Made by a program: the position numbers and the translations under genes. The notes below the pieces were generated by a model, which saw only the letters and a list, made by a program, of their open reading frames with translations, was not told where the DNA came from and searched no databases. Positions 47,346-56,272 of a DNA stretch of 64,000 nt are shown here, in pieces. This stretch comes from Clostridia bacterium (GTDB lineage: Bacteria; Bacillota; Clostridia; Oscillospirales; CAG-272): contig JAFVOP010000101.1 in the NCBI GenBank assembly GCA_017505745.1, positions 3,680 to 67,679 of the forward strand. Reading direction: 5' to 3'. Position 1 is the stretch's first letter. The number at the start of each line of letters is the position of its first letter.

Positions 47346-48824
47346 TTATAACAAGATACAGATCAAGCCGTTGCTTCCCTCGTTGATGATTCGTTCCAGC
47401 GTTTCGGAAAGCTTTTGGCGCGATTCATCGGGCATATGATCCAGCTTGGTGTGCAGTCCTTCATTTACCAGATCATATAGCGATTTTCCAAACAAATTGG
47501 ATGCCCAGATACTCTTGGGATCTTCCTCAAACTCGCGAAGCATATAGCGCACCAGATCCTCGGATTGCTGTTCGGTGCCCACGATGGGATTGATCTCGGT
47601 CTCAATGTTGGCACGGATCATATGGATCGACTGGGCTGCCGCGCGCAGCTTCACCCCGTACCCGCCCGCTTGCTTGACGATCTTAGGCTCTTCCAGATGC
47701 AGATCCTCCACATCGGGCATCACAATTCCGTATCCGTTTGCATTTACCTCCTCCAAAGCCTCTGCAACTCGGTCATATTTCGCTTTTGTCTCTGCAAGTG
47801 AGCGCAAAAGAGCAATCAATTCCCGCTCTCCTGTTACCTCCAGGCCCGTCAGCTCGCTGATCACCTCATAATAAAGTCCCTCTTTCATTGTCAGCGTGAT
47901 CTGCGCCTTTCCGGTGCCCAGCTCCAAAAGATCGGTTGTCATTCTTTCCACATACTCGTTTTCACACATGGGCTCGAATGCATTTTTTACGTCGCCGATC
48001 TTACACACACGCTCAGCGCACTGACGGAGCGAGGAACCGATCGACGTGCGGATCCGATGGGTCTCATCAAGCGCATTCATCCATTCGGGCATCCGTACCG
48101 TAACCTCGGTAACCGGAAATTCCTCCAATACAAGGCCTAAAATATGACGGATATCCTCAGCATCCAGATCCAGACAGCTGACCAATGCCACGGGAACCTT
48201 GTATTTTTCCTCCAATTCATAGGCTAACGTGCGTGCCGATTCGGACGCGGGAACCGAAGAGTTGAGAATAATTGCAAACGGCTTTCCAATCTCCTTGAGC
48301 TCGCGAACGATACGTTCCTCGGCTTCGACATAAGATTCCCGACCGATCTCGCTGATCGTACCGTCATTGGTTACCAGCATCCCGATGGTGGAGTGCTCGG
48401 TGATCACCTTGTGTGTTCCCATTTCAGCCGCTTCCACAAAGGGCATTGCTTCCTCGCGCCAAGGTGTACGAACCATACGCGGTTGGCCGTTTTCAAACGC
48501 GCCCATGGCCTCGGGGATCAAATATCCCACACAGTCGATCATGCGCACCCGCATTTGCGCATGATTGTCCAAAACGATCGGAACCGCCTCTTCGGGGATG
48601 AATTTCGGTTCGGTCGTCATTACCGTCTTCCCCGCGGCCGATTGCGGCAATTCGTCCCGTGCGCGGTCACGGGAGTAACCCTCTTCCATATTTGGAAGAA
48701 CAACAGACTCCATAAACCGCTTGATAAAAGTGGATTTTCCGCTGCGGACCGGCCCCACTACGCCAACGTAAATATCCCCGCCTGTCCGCTCGGCAATGTC
48801 TTTGTAAATTGATTGTTCAGGCAT
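47346..48824 (-). CDS. spoIVA: stage IV sporulation protein A
   Basis: SIYKDIAERTGGDIYVGVVGPVRSGKSTFIKRFME and full-length similarity to SpoIVA (492 aa). Confidence 0.95.
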   Translation of the reverse strand: MPEQSIYKDIAERTGGDIYVGVVGPVRSGKSTFIKRFMESVVLPNMEEGYSRDRARDELPQSAAGKTVMTTEPKFIPEEAVPIVLDNHAQMRVRMIDCVGYLIPEAMGAFENGQPRMVRTPWREEAMPFVEAAEMGTHKVITEHSTIGMLVTNDGTISEIGRESYVEAEERIVRELKEIGKPFAIILNSSVPASESARTLAYELEEKYKVPVALVSCLDLDAEDIRHILGLVLEEFPVTEVTVRMPEWMNALDETHRIRTSIGSSLRQCAERVCKIGDVKNAFEPMCENEYVERMTTDLLELGTGKAQITLTMKEGLYYEVISELTGLEVTGERELIALLRSLAETKAKYDRVAEALEEVNANGYGIVMPDVEDLHLEEPKIVKQAGGYGVKLRAAAQSIHMIRANIETEINPIVGTEQQSEDLVRYMLREFEEDPKSIWASNLFGKSLYDLVNEGLHTKLDHMPDESRQKLSETLERIINEGSNGLICILL

Positions 48825-48854
48825 TTGAAAACCTCCCGTATACCGTGTTGGTAC

Positions 48855-48884
48855 ACTATATGTCGGGATGTCCGAATTTAGAAC
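48855..48884 (-). promoter_or_regulatory. possible sigma-E type promoter for spoIVA
   Basis: The minus strand reads ttctaaatt-N12-CATATAGT, resembling the sigma-E -10 CATACA-T. The spacing is not ideal. Confidence 0.25.
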
Positions 48885-48889
48885 AAATA

Positions 48890-48924
48890 AAAAGCGGAGT
48901 GTTTTTCATAAACTCCGCTTTTTT
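48890..48924. terminator. hairpin terminator after azlD
   Basis: agcggagt / actccgct with an 11-nt loop, flanked by aaaa and tttttt. Confidence 0.65.
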
Positions 48925-48939
48925 AAATTGGGGATTTAT

Positions 48940-49242
48940 TCAAAGGAATGAGACAAAAAGTGCCGCCAGAGATGCTGCAACCGAAACCACGATCAGCGAT
49001 TGATGGAAAAACGCAAGCAACATTGCAACCGCCACTCCAACGGTAGCGGAAAGAATGCTGCCTGTGGAATAGAAGATTGCGGGAAAGGTCATGGCCGAAA
49101 GCACGGCGTACGGAATGTAATAAAAGAAGCTTTTGGCAAAACGCGATTTGATTTTTTTACGGAAAACCGTAAATGGGATCATGCGAACGAGGTACGTGGT
49201 AAGCGCCATAACCGCAATGTAAAGCAAAATTGCAGGTCTCAT
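48940..49242 (-). CDS. azlD: branched-chain amino acid transport protein AzlD
   Basis: 100 aa with 3-4 TM spans. ATGA overlap with the upstream azlC-like gene. Confidence 0.75.
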   Translation of the reverse strand: MRPAILLYIAVMALTTYLVRMIPFTVFRKKIKSRFAKSFFYYIPYAVLSAMTFPAIFYSTGSILSATVGVAVAMLLAFFHQSLIVVSVAASLAALFVSFL

Positions 49243-49970
49243 GACGGCTCCTCCTCTTCATCATCCTCCGCAATCGGGCAAACAAGGGCCAGCACGGCCG
49301 CTGCAATCACGGCGCAAAGGATGATTGCAAAGCCTGCCGAGATCCATTTCAAAAAAGGCAAAAAGGCCACACAGCAGCTCAAAGCGGCTGCCAGAAGCAC
49401 CACGCCAAGAACGCCCTTGTCGCGCTTCATCGGCGGCAAAATGATAGCGATGAACATGGCGTAGATCATAATGCCAAGCGCCAGCCGAAACCGATCGGGC
49501 AAAACACTTCCTGCCAATGCGCCAAGGAGCGTTCCTCCTGCCCAACCAACGTATGGAAGCGTCATCAGACCGTAAAAGTAAGACGGCCCCACGGGGGCAG
49601 GCTTGGATGCGGCAACCGCAAAAATCTCATCGGTGAGCCCAAAAGACATAAATAAGCGATGCTTGGTATTACAACGCGAATCCAGTCGTTGCGTAAGGGT
49701 AATTCCCATGAGAGAATAGCGGAGATTGATCACAAACTGGGTCAGCACTATCTCCAGCAGTGTTCCCATGGCAACAATGACTGTCACCCCCGCCAGCTGT
49801 CCCGCAGAGGTCAGATTGGTCATGGAAATGATCAGCGCTTCCAGAACGCGCAGACCTTCCCCTACCGCAGAAATACCAAAGCCAAACGAGACCGAAAGAT
49901 AGCCAAGACCAATCGGCAATCCATCCTTTAACCCCTCCCGATAGCGGTACGGAGAAATTTTTTGTGCCAT
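49239..49970 (-). CDS. azlC: AzlC family branched-chain amino acid permease
   Basis: ..EGLKDGLPIGLGYLSVSFGFG..NLTSAGQ..FGLTDEIFA... ATG 49970 follows GGAGGAGG. Confidence 0.85.
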   Translation of the reverse strand: MAQKISPYRYREGLKDGLPIGLGYLSVSFGFGISAVGEGLRVLEALIISMTNLTSAGQLAGVTVIVAMGTLLEIVLTQFVINLRYSLMGITLTQRLDSRCNTKHRLFMSFGLTDEIFAVAASKPAPVGPSYFYGLMTLPYVGWAGGTLLGALAGSVLPDRFRLALGIMIYAMFIAIILPPMKRDKGVLGVVLLAAALSCCVAFLPFLKWISAGFAIILCAVIAAAVLALVCPIAEDDEEEEPS

Positions 49971-50008
49971 ATCCGCACCTCCTCCATCAAGCAAACGAAA
50001 TCTGTATC

Positions 50009-50037
50009 ATTATAGCACCGCAGGGAGATAAAGTCAA
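50009..50037 (-). promoter_or_regulatory. sigma-A promoter TTGACT-17-TGcTATAAT for azlCD
   Basis: On the + strand, AGTCAA at 50032-50037 and ATTATA at 50009-50014. Confidence 0.55.
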
Positions 50038-50046
50038 GAAGAAGAC

Positions 50047-50095
50047 GAAAAAAGTTGCCCGAAAAGACACTTTTAAAGAGTTCTTTTCGGACAAC
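50047..50095 (-). terminator. rho-independent terminator of the LRR gene
   Basis: GUUGUCCGAAAAG / CUUUUCGGGCAAC (one G-U pair) followed by UUUUUU on the minus strand. Confidence 0.65.
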
Positions 50096-50115
50096 CGGAA
50101 TCAGACTGTAAAAAA

Positions 50116-51960
50116 TTATCTTTTCATATCCCACCATTCATCCAAAGAGCCATCGGAACAAACGATTTCAAGCCATTTTTCCCAAGCATTTGTTCGTGAG
50201 ATCTGTTTCCACTCTTCCATCGTTCCTGCGTACTCGATCTGCTTTAGCCGAAAGGTTTCAAACACGTTTTCGCCAATGAATTTCACACTCTTGGGAATGC
50301 GGATGGTTGTATAATTAAAACAACGTTGAAAAGCCCCCTCTCCCAAGGAAACAAGCCCTTCCGGAAGAAGGATCTCCGAGAGCCCATTGCATCGGTTGAA
50401 CGCATAGTTTTCGATCTTTTCCACACTTGCCGGGATCGTAATCGAGCGTAACGCCTCGCATCCCGAAAACGCTGATTCTCCAATCTGCAAAAGATCGCCT
50501 TCAAAGGTCACTTTGGAAAGCGCGGAGCAACCCTTGAACGTGCCCTCACAGATCTGCGTCACCCCCAACGGGATCACGGCCTCCGTGAGCGAAACGCAGT
50601 CCAAAAAAGCATTCGAACCAATGTAGGTAACACTTTTGGGAACGGCAGCGTCCTTCAATTCCTCACATCCCGCAAACATGGAATCGGAAATAAGCGGAAT
50701 TCCAGGCTCCAAGACCGCACGCGAAAGTCGGTAACATCCTTTAAACGTCTCTGCTCCAATTTGCGTCACGCTTTGCGGAATACAAACCTCTTGGAGAGAT
50801 GTGCAATCCAAAAAGGCGCCTTCTCCGATGGAAGTGACACTGCTTGGAATCGTAACCGATTGAAGCATTCCACAGCGTTGAAATGCGTAATCCGCAATAT
50901 GGGTCACACCGTTTGGAATAACAAATTCACTGTCCAGCTTAAAAACAGCGTATTTGACCAGCGTAGTTCCATCCTTGGAGTACAAATTTCCGTCCACTGA
51001 TTTATAAACTCCGTTCCGGGGATTCACAATAAAGCAGTTTAACTTGTTGCATCCCGAAAATACACTTGCATCGAAACGCCATACATTTTCGGAAATGTAA
51101 ACGGCGGTCACGGCTTTACAATGCGAGAAGGCGGAATCGCCAATATGGGTCAGATTTTCCGGGAGAACGATCTCTGAAATCGCCCAACAGTTCGAAAAAG
51201 CATACTCTTCGATTTCGGTAACTGACTCCGGAATCACAATATCTTTGAGACGGTAGCATCCGGAAAAAAGCGAAGCGGAGATACAAGAGATCCCCTTTGG
51301 AAGATCGGCCCACGTCAGCTTTTGGCATCCGGAAAAGGCAGAACGTCCAATATAAGTAACGCTATCGGGAATCACGATCTCCTTCAGCGACTCACATTTA
51401 TGAAAAGCAAAATCTCCAATGGTCAGCAATCCTTCAGGAAGGCAGACGCTTTCCAAATTCATGCAATAATCAAAAGCATTGGGTTCAATTTTTTTCAGCC
51501 CCATAGGCAACGTAAGCTCTGTGATATCCGCCCGCCAAAAAGCATTTCGCTGAATGCTTGTAACGGAATATCCTTCTATCTTCTCGGGGATATAAAGCAC
51601 TTTGTCTGTGCATTGCCCCTCTCCCGTAACCGTACAGCTTACACCGTCCTCGTTGACCTCATATGCAAGCCCCCTAGAACCTACCGCCGGGATCCGCTCG
51701 GATTCGGTCACGCCGCAAGCACAGGTGCGCTGTTTCTCGCCGTCCTCGGTTTTGGTGGCCTTGTCAACCGTGGTCCAACTGCTCCATGTATGCGAATGAT
51801 CCGATTTTTCGGGCTCGGTAGAATCGGTGGTATCTGTGAGATCCTCTTTTTCATCCTGCAACGGTGCCGGCTCGCCAAAGCAGGAGGCAAGCAGGAGCAG
51901 GGTGGAAAGCAGGAGCAAAGCGAGAGCGAGCATAGACAGGAACGATGAAAATTTTTTCAT
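50116..51960 (-). CDS. BspA-type leucine-rich-repeat lipoprotein
   Basis: Lipobox LLLASC. There are more than 15 tandem units of about 23 aa of the form IPxSVTxIGxxAFxxCxxLxxV. ATG 51960 follows GGAGGC. Confidence 0.85.
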   Translation of the reverse strand: MKKFSSFLSMLALALLLLSTLLLLASCFGEPAPLQDEKEDLTDTTDSTEPEKSDHSHTWSSWTTVDKATKTEDGEKQRTCACGVTESERIPAVGSRGLAYEVNEDGVSCTVTGEGQCTDKVLYIPEKIEGYSVTSIQRNAFWRADITELTLPMGLKKIEPNAFDYCMNLESVCLPEGLLTIGDFAFHKCESLKEIVIPDSVTYIGRSAFSGCQKLTWADLPKGISCISASLFSGCYRLKDIVIPESVTEIEEYAFSNCWAISEIVLPENLTHIGDSAFSHCKAVTAVYISENVWRFDASVFSGCNKLNCFIVNPRNGVYKSVDGNLYSKDGTTLVKYAVFKLDSEFVIPNGVTHIADYAFQRCGMLQSVTIPSSVTSIGEGAFLDCTSLQEVCIPQSVTQIGAETFKGCYRLSRAVLEPGIPLISDSMFAGCEELKDAAVPKSVTYIGSNAFLDCVSLTEAVIPLGVTQICEGTFKGCSALSKVTFEGDLLQIGESAFSGCEALRSITIPASVEKIENYAFNRCNGLSEILLPEGLVSLGEGAFQRCFNYTTIRIPKSVKFIGENVFETFRLKQIEYAGTMEEWKQISRTNAWEKWLEIVCSDGSLDEWWDMKR

Positions 51961-51992
51961 AATAGCCTCCTTCATTTTTTCCTTCTGTAAAA

Positions 51993-52021
51993 AGTATACC
52001 ATGACAAAAAAGCGGTGTCAA
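51993..52021 (-). promoter_or_regulatory. sigma-A promoter TTGACA-17-TGgTATACT for the LRR gene
   Basis: On the + strand, TGTCAA at 52016-52021 and AGTATA at 51993-51998. Confidence 0.55.
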
Positions 52022-52031
52022 TACCTATATA

Positions 52032-52084
52032 AAAAGTGGAGCGAAAAACCTTTTTAAGCCCTGTTTTTCATCAAAAGTGGAGCG
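52032..52084. repeat. two copies of AAAAGTGGAGCG spaced 41 nt start-to-start, upstream of the LRR promoter
   Basis: Exact 12-mers at 52032-52043 and 52073-52084. Confidence 0.6.
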
Positions 52085-52105
52085 TGAGTGGAGGATAAAA
52101 ACCAA

Positions 52106-52137
52106 GCAGGAGAAATCTGAAACCTGATTTCTCCTGC
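52106..52137 (-). terminator. terminator of rubrerythrin gene
   Basis: Perfect 12-bp stem gcaggagaaatc / gatttctcctgc, followed by a T-rich tail on the minus strand. Confidence 0.7.
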
Positions 52138-52149
52138 CATGGATCATTC

Positions 52150-52713
52150 TTATTCCTTTTGCTCGGCAAAATAGCCCTGCGGGTGCGAGCAGGTGGGGCA
52201 GATTTTGGGCGGTTCCTTCCCCTCCACCACGTATCCGCAATTGAGACAGATCCACTTGGTGGTGGAATTGTCACTTTTGAACATTTCTCCGCTTTTTATC
52301 TGCCCGAGGGCCTTTCGGTAATTGGCTTCGTGCTGCTTTTCGATCGAGGCGACCCGAGCAAAGAGATCGGCAATCGCATCAAAGCCTTCCTCACGTGCAG
52401 TCTTCTCAAAATCGGCGTACATCGTTTCCCATTCAAACTGTTCCCCCGACGCGGCCGCCTCCAGATTGCGCTCGGTTCCGGACCAGCCGCCAAGATAACG
52501 GAACCAGATCTCGGCATGCTCCATCTCGTTGGCCGCCGTATCGCGAAACAGTTGCGAAACGGCAACGTATCCGTCGTCCTTGGCTTTTTTCTCAAACCAT
52601 TTGTAGCGCAGATAGGCTTGCGACTCTCCGCTCAGGGCAGTGTGTAAATTGCGTTCGGTCTGTGTTCCGACGATGTTTTCGGCAAATACGCCGGGCTTTG
52701 TGTAACCAGCCAT
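52150..52713 (-). CDS. rbr: rubrerythrin
   Basis: Di-iron ExxH motifs (ESQAYLRY, EMEHAEIW, EKQHEANY) and a C-terminal rubredoxin CLNCG...CPTCSHP. ATG 52713 follows GGAGGA. Confidence 0.9.
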   Translation of the reverse strand: MAGYTKPGVFAENIVGTQTERNLHTALSGESQAYLRYKWFEKKAKDDGYVAVSQLFRDTAANEMEHAEIWFRYLGGWSGTERNLEAAASGEQFEWETMYADFEKTAREEGFDAIADLFARVASIEKQHEANYRKALGQIKSGEMFKSDNSTTKWICLNCGYVVEGKEPPKICPTCSHPQGYFAEQKE

Positions 52714-52781
52714 TCTATTTTCCTCCAAAACTGAAAATCGGGGATCCCCCGTATCCGATTGTATCCCCGATTTTGGTCTGT

Positions 52782-53378
52782 TTATTCAGTTTTTTTGGTG
52801 GATTGTACAGCAAGCCATTCGGAACGCAGGATCGAGCACATACCAACGTTTACATACGTTCCCTTTACGAGCATGGCCTCTCGCAGCATTCCCTCAAAGG
52901 TCATTCCCACGTGCTCCATCACTCGCCGCGAACGGGCATTGCCATCCATAAAGCGGGCCTCTACACGGTTTACGCCCAATTCCTCAAACGCAAATTGCAA
53001 CACGCGAGAAAGCGCCTCGGAAGCAATTCCCCTCCCCCAATATGAAGGATTTAAAACATATCCCACCTCCGCGCAATCCGAGTTGCACTGAAAGGAGGTA
53101 AAGCCACAGGTCCCCACCATTTTCCGGTCGGGCTCGTAGACGATCGCCCAGTCATAAAACATCCCAACGTGATAGCGTCCGCCAAGGTATTGCAGATATT
53201 CGCGCGTATATGCGGCGTCGGGATGGGGCTTCCAGGTCAAATACCTTGTCACGTCCGAGCGGCAGGCATATTCGTACATATCCGCCGCATCCGAAACCAG
53301 CATCCGTCGCAGCGTCAAACGATCGGTGTGAAGCTCGGGCATATGGGAAAATACACGGTAAATTTTTTCTTTTTTCAT
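52782..53378 (-). CDS. GNAT N-acetyltransferase (RimJ/RimL-like)
   Basis: LTLRRM..DA..MYEY, with the acetyl-CoA loop YWGRGIASEAL. Confidence 0.8.
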   Translation of the reverse strand: MKKEKIYRVFSHMPELHTDRLTLRRMLVSDAADMYEYACRSDVTRYLTWKPHPDAAYTREYLQYLGGRYHVGMFYDWAIVYEPDRKMVGTCGFTSFQCNSDCAEVGYVLNPSYWGRGIASEALSRVLQFAFEELGVNRVEARFMDGNARSRRVMEHVGMTFEGMLREAMLVKGTYVNVGMCSILRSEWLAVQSTKKTE

Positions 53379-53511
53379 AAAAATCCGTACTGTCCTTTTT
53401 TATTCCTCTAAATATTATAATGAATTTTTACTGAAAAAGCAAGTATTTTTAAAAAAATAATGAATACGGAAAAACTATTTTGTATTTTGTCTTCCCTTTC
53501 CCCCCGTTTTG

Positions 53512-53520
53512 TGCTATAAT
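53512..53520 (+). promoter_or_regulatory. extended -10 promoter candidate TGcTATAAT
   Basis: Lies 33 nt upstream of ATG 53553. The -35 is poor. Confidence 0.35.
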
Positions 53521-53552
53521 AAATGGGATAACGCGCGAAAGGAGGAAAGCCG

Positions 53553-53960
53553 ATGGAAACAATGTTCCAAAATCTTCACCAGGGGGAATTGGTGCCGATT
53601 CTGCTCGGCTATTCCTCCGCGGCGCAAGCGTTTTCGCAACGCTTGTTTTGGCAATACGGCATTGTATCCCACGTGTTTTGCCATAAAAATCCGCTCCCCT
53701 TTCGCTTTTCCTTGTCCCTGAAGGTACACCCCGTTCGCGCTACAGAAAATGAGCGGTTATTGTTGGATGCCCTATGTGATTTTGCAAATCTGCCCGAAAA
53801 CAGGGATCGGATCCTTTGGATCATTCCCTGCACCCCCGCATGCATAGAGCTTGTAAACGGGAATCGAAGCGAATTGGAGCGACTTGCAGTCCTTATAAAT
53901 CAGGAAGACCTGGAACGTATGATCGGACAAGATGTTGCACGAAACGGAGGAACACCATGA
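53553..53960 (+). CDS. 135-aa protein resembling only the N-terminal (pre-ATP-grasp) part of D-aspartate-ligase-type enzymes
   Basis: GELVPILLGYSSAAQAFSQRLFWQYG.. and ..ILWIIPCTPACIELVNGNRSELE recall the N-terminus of ATP-grasp D-Asp ligases (from memory). No ATP-grasp core follows. AGGAGG SD; ATGA overlap with the racemase. Confidence 0.4.
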   Translation: METMFQNLHQGELVPILLGYSSAAQAFSQRLFWQYGIVSHVFCHKNPLPFRFSLSLKVHPVRATENERLLLDALCDFANLPENRDRILWIIPCTPACIELVNGNRSELERLAVLINQEDLERMIGQDVARNGGTP

Positions 53961-54703
53961 AAAACTCAATGCTTTTAGGGATACTTGGCGGACTTGGTCC
54001 CATGTCAACCGTTTATTTTTGTGAGCTTTTGACTGCGCATACCAAAGCCCTTGCAGACAGCGACCATATCGATATGATCGTCAGCAGTCGCGCCTCCACC
54101 CCGGACCGTACCGCTTTCATTTTGGGAAAGAGCGACCGCGATCCCCTTCCTGTGATGATCGATGAGGCCGACCGTTTGGTCAAAGCAGGAGCCGATCTGA
54201 TCGTGATTCCCTGTAACACCGCGCATTATTTTTACAACGGATTGCAGGCGGCCTGTAAGGTCCCGATTTTAAACATCATTCGGGAAACGGCCGAGCATCT
54301 TCGTTTGAACGGTGTTCAAACCTTTGGTCTGCTCGCCACCGAAGGAACGGTACAATCCAATGCCTATCCTGCGGTCTGCGCTCCGCTCGGTCTCACCTGC
54401 ATAACACCCACGGAAGAAGAACAGAAAATTATTTCGGATATTATTTACGGACAGATCAAGCAAAACCGACCCGTAGACCGAAACGCCTTTCTCCGGGTTA
54501 CCAACGCCTTGCGCGAAAGGGGCTGCGAAAAGCTGGTGTTGGGCTGTACCGAGCTCTCTCTGCTCAAAAAAGAGGGGCTTAATCCCGCTATTTTCGTTGA
54601 CTCGCTGGAGGTTCTGGCATATCAGACCATTCGCGCTTGCCATAAAACGCCGATCGGATTTTCTTCTGACTTTGACGTATGGAATCGGGAGGTGCACGCG
54701 TGA
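53957..54703 (+). CDS. aspartate racemase (Asp/Glu racemase family)
   Basis: LGILGGLGPMSTVYF, IVIPCNTAHYF and LGCTELSLL (two catalytic Cys boxes). Confidence 0.8.
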   Translation: MKNSMLLGILGGLGPMSTVYFCELLTAHTKALADSDHIDMIVSSRASTPDRTAFILGKSDRDPLPVMIDEADRLVKAGADLIVIPCNTAHYFYNGLQAACKVPILNIIRETAEHLRLNGVQTFGLLATEGTVQSNAYPAVCAPLGLTCITPTEEEQKIISDIIYGQIKQNRPVDRNAFLRVTNALRERGCEKLVLGCTELSLLKKEGLNPAIFVDSLEVLAYQTIRACHKTPIGFSSDFDVWNREVHA

Positions 54704-56187
54704 AGCTCTCCAATCTGTTTGCCAATCTTACCGATGCTTCCCTTTTGCCCGATACGGACATCCTTTCGGTCACCGAAAGCTCGACAACCGCCAACCCGCG
54801 CAGTGTTTTTGTTTGTATCCAAGGAGCGATCCACGACGGACACCGCTATGCCCCCGATGCCTATGCGCGCGGGTGCCGCGTGTTTGTGGCAGAGCAGACG
54901 CTGGATCTGCCCGAGGATGCCTGCGTGATTCCCGTTTTGGATACGCGGCAAACCTTGGCCACGCTTGCTTGCCGCCTGTACGGAAATCCGTCACACCGCA
55001 TGCACCTGATCGGAATTACCGGTACGAAGGGAAAGACGACCACCGCGCGGCTTTTGATGCATATTCTGAACCAACACGGTATTCCCTGCGGCTACATCGG
55101 TACCAACGGGATCTCTTACGTAAACGTACAGATCCCTACCAAAAACACAACCCCCGATGCGCTCACCCTGCAAGAGGCGCTTTCGAAAATGCTTGCGGCC
55201 GGGGTTTCCACTGCCATTCTTGAGGTCTCTTCTCAAGCGCTCCTGCAGCATCGCGCGGACGGCACACGCTTTCAAACCGTTTTGTTTACCAATCTCTCTC
55301 CCGATCACATCGGAAAACACGAGCATCCCGACATGGAAAGCTATCTGGCTTGCAAGCGCCGCTTATTTGCCGAATTTGGCGCGGAGTCCGTGATCTACAA
55401 CACCGATGATCCCGCTGCAACGTATATGCTGGACGGCACCTCGGCGTCCCGTCGGATCTCCTGCTCCACCAGAGGCGCCAAAGCTGATTTTTTGGCCAAT
55501 GACGTTTCCCTGCTGCGAAACGAACAAGCTCTCGGCGTCTCGTTCACGGTGCAAAGCAAAAGAGAAACCCTTCCCTGTTTCGTGCCGCTTTTGGGAAGCG
55601 CCAATGCGGAAAACGCGCTTTTGGCCTTGGTAACCGCACACGAAATTTTTGGAATTTCTTTGCAAAATGCGGTAAAATCACTCTCTCTGGCATCGGTGGC
55701 CGGGCGTTCGGAGTGGATCCCCCTGCCAAACGGAGCCTGCGTGGTCATCGACTATGCGCATAATGCCGTCAGCTTGCGGCAACTGCTCTCCACCCTGCGG
55801 GAATACCGCCCGAAGCGTTTGATCGCGTTGTTCGGCTCGGTGGGCGGACGCTCGCAAATGCGCCGTCGGGAGCTGGGAGCGGTGGCCGCAGAGCTTTGCG
55901 ACCTTGCGATCCTGACGTCGGACAACCCCGGGAACGAATCTCCCGACATCATTATCGAGGAGATTGCGGAAGCGTTTCGCAGTTATGATACCCCCTTCCT
56001 CAAAATTGCCGACCGCGCCGAAGCGATTCGAAAGGCAGTAGAACTGACCCGTGCGGGAGACATTCTGGTGCTTGCCGGAAAAGGCCACGAAGCCTATCAG
56101 CTGATCGGAGACGAAAAAGTTCCCTTCTGCGAGCGCGGATTGGTGGCCGAGGCAATCAAAAGCAGCCTTCTGAGCAATAAAAAATGA
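54700..56187 (+). CDS. murE: MurE-type UDP-MurNAc-L-Ala-D-Glu:diamino-acid ligase paralogue
   Basis: GITGTKGKTTT, DYAHNAVS and GKGHE. GTG 54700 lies 7 nt after GGGAGG and overlaps the racemase stop (GTGA). The substrate motif reads DNPG, not DNPR. Confidence 0.85.
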   Translation: MKLSNLFANLTDASLLPDTDILSVTESSTTANPRSVFVCIQGAIHDGHRYAPDAYARGCRVFVAEQTLDLPEDACVIPVLDTRQTLATLACRLYGNPSHRMHLIGITGTKGKTTTARLLMHILNQHGIPCGYIGTNGISYVNVQIPTKNTTPDALTLQEALSKMLAAGVSTAILEVSSQALLQHRADGTRFQTVLFTNLSPDHIGKHEHPDMESYLACKRRLFAEFGAESVIYNTDDPAATYMLDGTSASRRISCSTRGAKADFLANDVSLLRNEQALGVSFTVQSKRETLPCFVPLLGSANAENALLALVTAHEIFGISLQNAVKSLSLASVAGRSEWIPLPNGACVVIDYAHNAVSLRQLLSTLREYRPKRLIALFGSVGGRSQMRRRELGAVAAELCDLAILTSDNPGNESPDIIIEEIAEAFRSYDTPFLKIADRAEAIRKAVELTRAGDILVLAGKGHEAYQLIGDEKVPFCERGLVAEAIKSSLLSNKK

Positions 56188-56221
56188 AAGAAAAAAAGGC
56201 AGTCTATCATATGAATGATAA

Positions 56222-56251
56222 CCCCCGACAGATTTTGAATTCTGTCGGGGG
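56222..56251. terminator. hairpin terminator between convergent genes
   Basis: Perfect 10-bp GC-rich stem cccccgacag / ctgtcggggg. Confidence 0.7.
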
Positions 56252-56272
56252 CGTATTTCATTTGATGAATAC

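Noticed and set aside
52025-52274. Small ORFs (76, 67 and 76 aa) in the LRR/rubrerythrin intergenic region.
   Set aside because: They overlap a terminator hairpin, a promoter and the direct repeats. They have no SD and no coding-like composition.
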